Shown here piece after piece: positions 61,370-64,000 of a stretch of DNA of 64,000 nt; within the stretch, counting starts at the first letter, position 1, and every line of letters starts with the position of its first letter. The stretch is from Acidobacteriota bacterium (GTDB taxonomy: Bacteria; Acidobacteriota; Terriglobia; Acidiferrales; UBA7541). Where the stretch lies: contig DAHUXN010000083.1 of assembly GCA_027307115.1 (NCBI GenBank), positions 2,775 through 66,774 on the forward strand, in the 5' to 3' direction. A program made the translations under genes and the position numbers. The notes under the pieces were generated by a model. The model made no database searches, was not told where the DNA came from, and was given only the letters and a program-made list of their open reading frames with translations.

Positions 61370-62659
61370 CTACTTATTTGCCGAGGTCGCGGGAGCATCC
61401 GTTGGTATCAGAATCCGATCGTAAATCCACAAAGCGAGTGCTGTCGCCAAGCCAATTCCCGTCATCACCCACCACGCCCGTTGCGGCTGATGGCCCAGTT
61501 CCCCAAAATGGTGCAGCAATACGCCCATCACCACCCCACCAATCAATGAGCCGATGCCGATGGGCACGAACGCGAATCCCATGTAGGTTCCCTGCTGTCC
61601 CGGAGGCGCAAGCCGGGAAACGTATTCGTAATATCTGGGCGACAGCGTCATTTCTCCCAGCGCCACCACGAACAGCGTCAGCACCGCCGTCCATATCGCC
61701 GGATGAAACGCCACAATCAACCAAGCCACCGATGAAATCACCGTGCCGATCGTAATCGCGTTGAACGCGCGCATGGCGCGCGTCAGGTAACTGATCACGA
61801 TTTGCAGGCAGATCACCGACAGCGCATCCGTAACCAGAATCAACTCCACGTCGGCATGCGGATTGATGTAACCCGTGATGTAGAGCGGCAAGCCGATGTA
61901 CACCTGCCAATAAACCACCCAGTAGCCCGAAAAAATAATCAGGAACAGCATGAACTTCGGGTTCGCCAGCACCTTTCCCAAGTTCCGCGCCGTTTGCGCG
62001 ATGCTGCGGGTTTGCGCGTCGTTCGCCGTTGCCGGCTCTTTGAAGAGCAGCAGCACCACAAAGAACATAACCAGGACGCACAAAGCGGAAATGCGAAACA
62101 CATTTTGCACGCCCATGTGCCGGTGCGCGATCGACGCCACGTACGGACCCGCCGCTCCGCCCACATTCACCAGCGTGTAGTAAATCGAATAGCCGATCGA
62201 GCGGACGTTTTCCTTCGACGCGCGCGCCGTGCTGCCCACCACCGCCGGCTTCACCATCGATATTCCTAGCGCCGGCAACATCAGAATGCCCAGCACCAGC
62301 CAGTAGAGCGGCACCGCATGGCGCAACGGACCCATCCACGAAGAACCGATCGACCCCAGCAGGAAATAGGAACACGTAAGAATTAGATAGGCGGCTGAGA
62401 GCGCACGTCGAAACCCTAGACGATCCGCAACTGCGCCGCCGATTATTGCAAGGAACCAGACCAGGCCGCCAAAAATGCCCGCGAGCACTCCCGTCTGTTC
62501 CGTTGGAAAGCCGAGGCTCTGGTGAAGATAGTTGGCCAGGGATGCGAAAGCGGCGTAATACGCAAGGCGCTCAAATAACTCGCTGATATTCGCCACCCAG
62601 AACGCGGGCGTGAATCCCTCGCGAATTTCTTTGATGCGCTCGCCAAAACTCACATTCAC
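61370..62659 (-). CDS. MFS transporter of the POT/PTR2 (di/tripeptide:proton symporter) type
   Basis: FWVANISELFERLAYYAAFASLANYL is the ExxERFxYY-type POT signature. About 12 TM helices. Confidence 0.75.
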   Translation of the reverse strand: MNVSFGERIKEIREGFTPAFWVANISELFERLAYYAAFASLANYLHQSLGFPTEQTGVLAGIFGGLVWFLAIIGGAVADRLGFRRALSAAYLILTCSYFLLGSIGSSWMGPLRHAVPLYWLVLGILMLPALGISMVKPAVVGSTARASKENVRSIGYSIYYTLVNVGGAAGPYVASIAHRHMGVQNVFRISALCVLVMFFVVLLLFKEPATANDAQTRSIAQTARNLGKVLANPKFMLFLIIFSGYWVVYWQVYIGLPLYITGYINPHADVELILVTDALSVICLQIVISYLTRAMRAFNAITIGTVISSVAWLIVAFHPAIWTAVLTLFVVALGEMTLSPRYYEYVSRLAPPGQQGTYMGFAFVPIGIGSLIGGVVMGVLLHHFGELGHQPQRAWWVMTGIGLATALALWIYDRILIPTDAPATSANK

Positions 62660-62783
62660 CCCTAAATACTTCGCAGCCCACCGTGCATCCGCGGCCGCAG
62701 CCGCCTCACCGCGCGCGATTGTAGCGAAAGTTCTGCCAAATCTTATATCTCTATTTATTTAGTGGAGCACTGCGAAAGCAAGC

Positions 62784-63101
62784 CTAGGGCATCCGGTATA
62801 TGTCGTCTTTTGATTTGTTCGTTGCCGCCGCGCGGGGCCACGGAATCAAACCGATAAAGATGAACAACGCTCCCATAAACACAAAACCTAAAGTGGGTGC
62901 AACGCCGATAAAGCCCAGAATAGGGTCGTAATTTCGGAGCCACCAGTAACCGTGTTCAATTGCTGCCCAGCCTAAGAGTATCGGCGCCAGTCCGAGCAAT
63001 ATGAAAATCGTTCGCAAAAGCCATTGCGGCGAGGGCCCGGGCTTTGCGCTTTTGCGCTTTAGGCCAAGAAGAGGCATGAGCTTTGTGCTTGAATTTATCA
63101 C
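62784..63101 (-). CDS. small hypothetical membrane protein
   Basis: Two or three hydrophobic helices (TIFILLGLAPILLGWAAI, FIGVAPTLGFVFMGALFIFIGLI). No recognisable family. Confidence 0.4.
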   Translation of the reverse strand: MINSSTKLMPLLGLKRKSAKPGPSPQWLLRTIFILLGLAPILLGWAAIEHGYWWLRNYDPILGFIGVAPTLGFVFMGALFIFIGLIPWPRAAATNKSKDDIYRMP

Positions 63102-63224
63102 AGGACTGCCTGCAGTTCAGGCGCTTCCTTTCCGGTGAGGCGTGGCGTGTGCTAACATCGCTGGTTTGGCAGACATCGCGCATACCGCTTTTTGTCATTC
63201 CACTTATCGAAAGCGGGCTTCTTT

Positions 63225-64000
63225 ATGAAAGCACTGCGCAAGATGCGCCCGGAACAAGGCGCGCAACTCGAATCCGTCTCGATTCCCGCATTTGGCCCCT
63301 CCGACGTTCTTATCCGCGTGCGCGCCGCCTCAATCTGCGGCACCGATCTCCACATTTATCACTGGGACAAATGGTCCGCCTCGCGCATTCGCCCGCCGAT
63401 GACTTTCGGCCACGAATTCTGCGGCACGATTGAAAAAGTGGGCGATGAAGTCGAGTCGCTAAAGCCCGGCGATTTCGTCAGCGCGGAAATGCACGTGAAT
63501 TGCGGACATTGCCGCGCCTGCCGCGCGGGCCAGCCGCATCTGTGCCGCAACGTGAAAATCATCGGCATCGACGCCGACGGCTGCTTCGCCGAATTCGTGC
63601 GCATCCCCGCGCGCAACGTCTGGAAAATCGATCCCGCGATTCCCGAGCATTACGCCGCGATTCTCGACCCTCTCGGCAACGCTGTGCACACAGTCCTTGC
63701 CGGAGAAATCGCGGGACAAACGGTCGCCGTCACGGGTTGTGGCCCGATTGGCTTGATGTCCATCGCAGTCGCGCGCGCCTGTGGCTGCTCAACCATTTTT
63801 GCAACGGAAATGAACGCTCATCGTCGCGCGCTGGCAAAACAAATGGGGGCCGATGCAGTGTTCGATCCGAAGGAAAGCGATCCTGTCGCGCGCGTCCGCG
63901 AAGCCACCGATGGAGACGGTGTCGACGTGCTTCTGGAGATGAGCGGCAACCCCGCCGGCATTCGCCAGGGATTTCAAATGCTGCGCCAGGGCGGCCGCGC
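63225..64000 (+). CDS. tdh: L-threonine 3-dehydrogenase (3' end outside window)
   Basis: Absent from the ORF track because it has no stop in the window. Manual translation from ATG 63225: MKALRKMRPEQGAQLESVSIPAFGPSDVLIRVRAASICGTDLHIYHWDKWSASRIRPPMTFGHEFCGTIEKVG...CGHCRACRAG...VAVTGCGPIGLM. Confidence 0.85.
   Translation, partial: MKALRKMRPEQGAQLESVSIPAFGPSDVLIRVRAASICGTDLHIYHWDKWSASRIRPPMTFGHEFCGTIEKVGDEVESLKPGDFVSAEMHVNCGHCRACRAGQPHLCRNVKIIGIDADGCFAEFVRIPARNVWKIDPAIPEHYAAILDPLGNAVHTVLAGEIAGQTVAVTGCGPIGLMSIAVARACGCSTIFATEMNAHRRALAKQMGADAVFDPKESDPVARVREATDGDGVDVLLEMSGNPAGIRQGFQMLRQGGR

Overview
High-GC (about 55-60% by eye) chromosomal segment that looks acidobacterial. The hints are a 'VWFA-related acidobacterial domain'-type protein, a giant multi-SLBB polysaccharide exporter and a DUF3857/transglutaminase gene pair. 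All family calls come from motif recognition by eye, not from database searches, and many start codons are uncertain because the ORF track uses ATG, GTG and TTG.

Layout:
- (i) 1-1.4 kb: a 3'-truncated replication-relaxation-like gene that is not in the ORF track.
- (ii) 2.2-21.6 kb: a tightly packed, partly translationally coupled Wzx/Wzy-type exopolysaccharide locus. It holds two atypical regulators, a 1203-aa OPX exporter, a PAP2-Wzi fusion, a kinase-less PCP, an initiating phosphoglycosyl transferase, a flippase, a polymerase, a GT2, two methyltransferases, a GT26, gmd, fcl and a convergent Nudix gene.
- (iii) 21.6-23.3 kb: a decayed junction with a sugar-kinase gene remnant, tandem repeats of about 100 bp, an orphan 3' half of a tRNA-Pro, yqeY and an intact tRNA-Ser(UGA).
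- (iv) 24-27.7 kb: a receiver-flavoprotein fusion, a cNMP-binding histidine kinase and a STAS protein.
- (v) 27.8-46.5 kb: housekeeping, transport and peptidase genes.
- (vi) 46.5-48.6 kb: REP hairpins around a multiply frameshifted RAYT transposase, then a low-GC islet with three coupled small ORFs (one DUF4279-like). The islet ends at an inverted, truncated copy of the tRNA-Ser 5' half.
- (vii) 48.9-64 kb: CapD-like dehydratase, B12-radical SAM enzyme, a frameshifted DUF4139-like gene, PilZ, M20 dipeptidase, HU, pncB-pncA, cytochrome c, POT transporter and a 3'-truncated tdh.

No CRISPR array, rRNA, integrase or prophage was seen.
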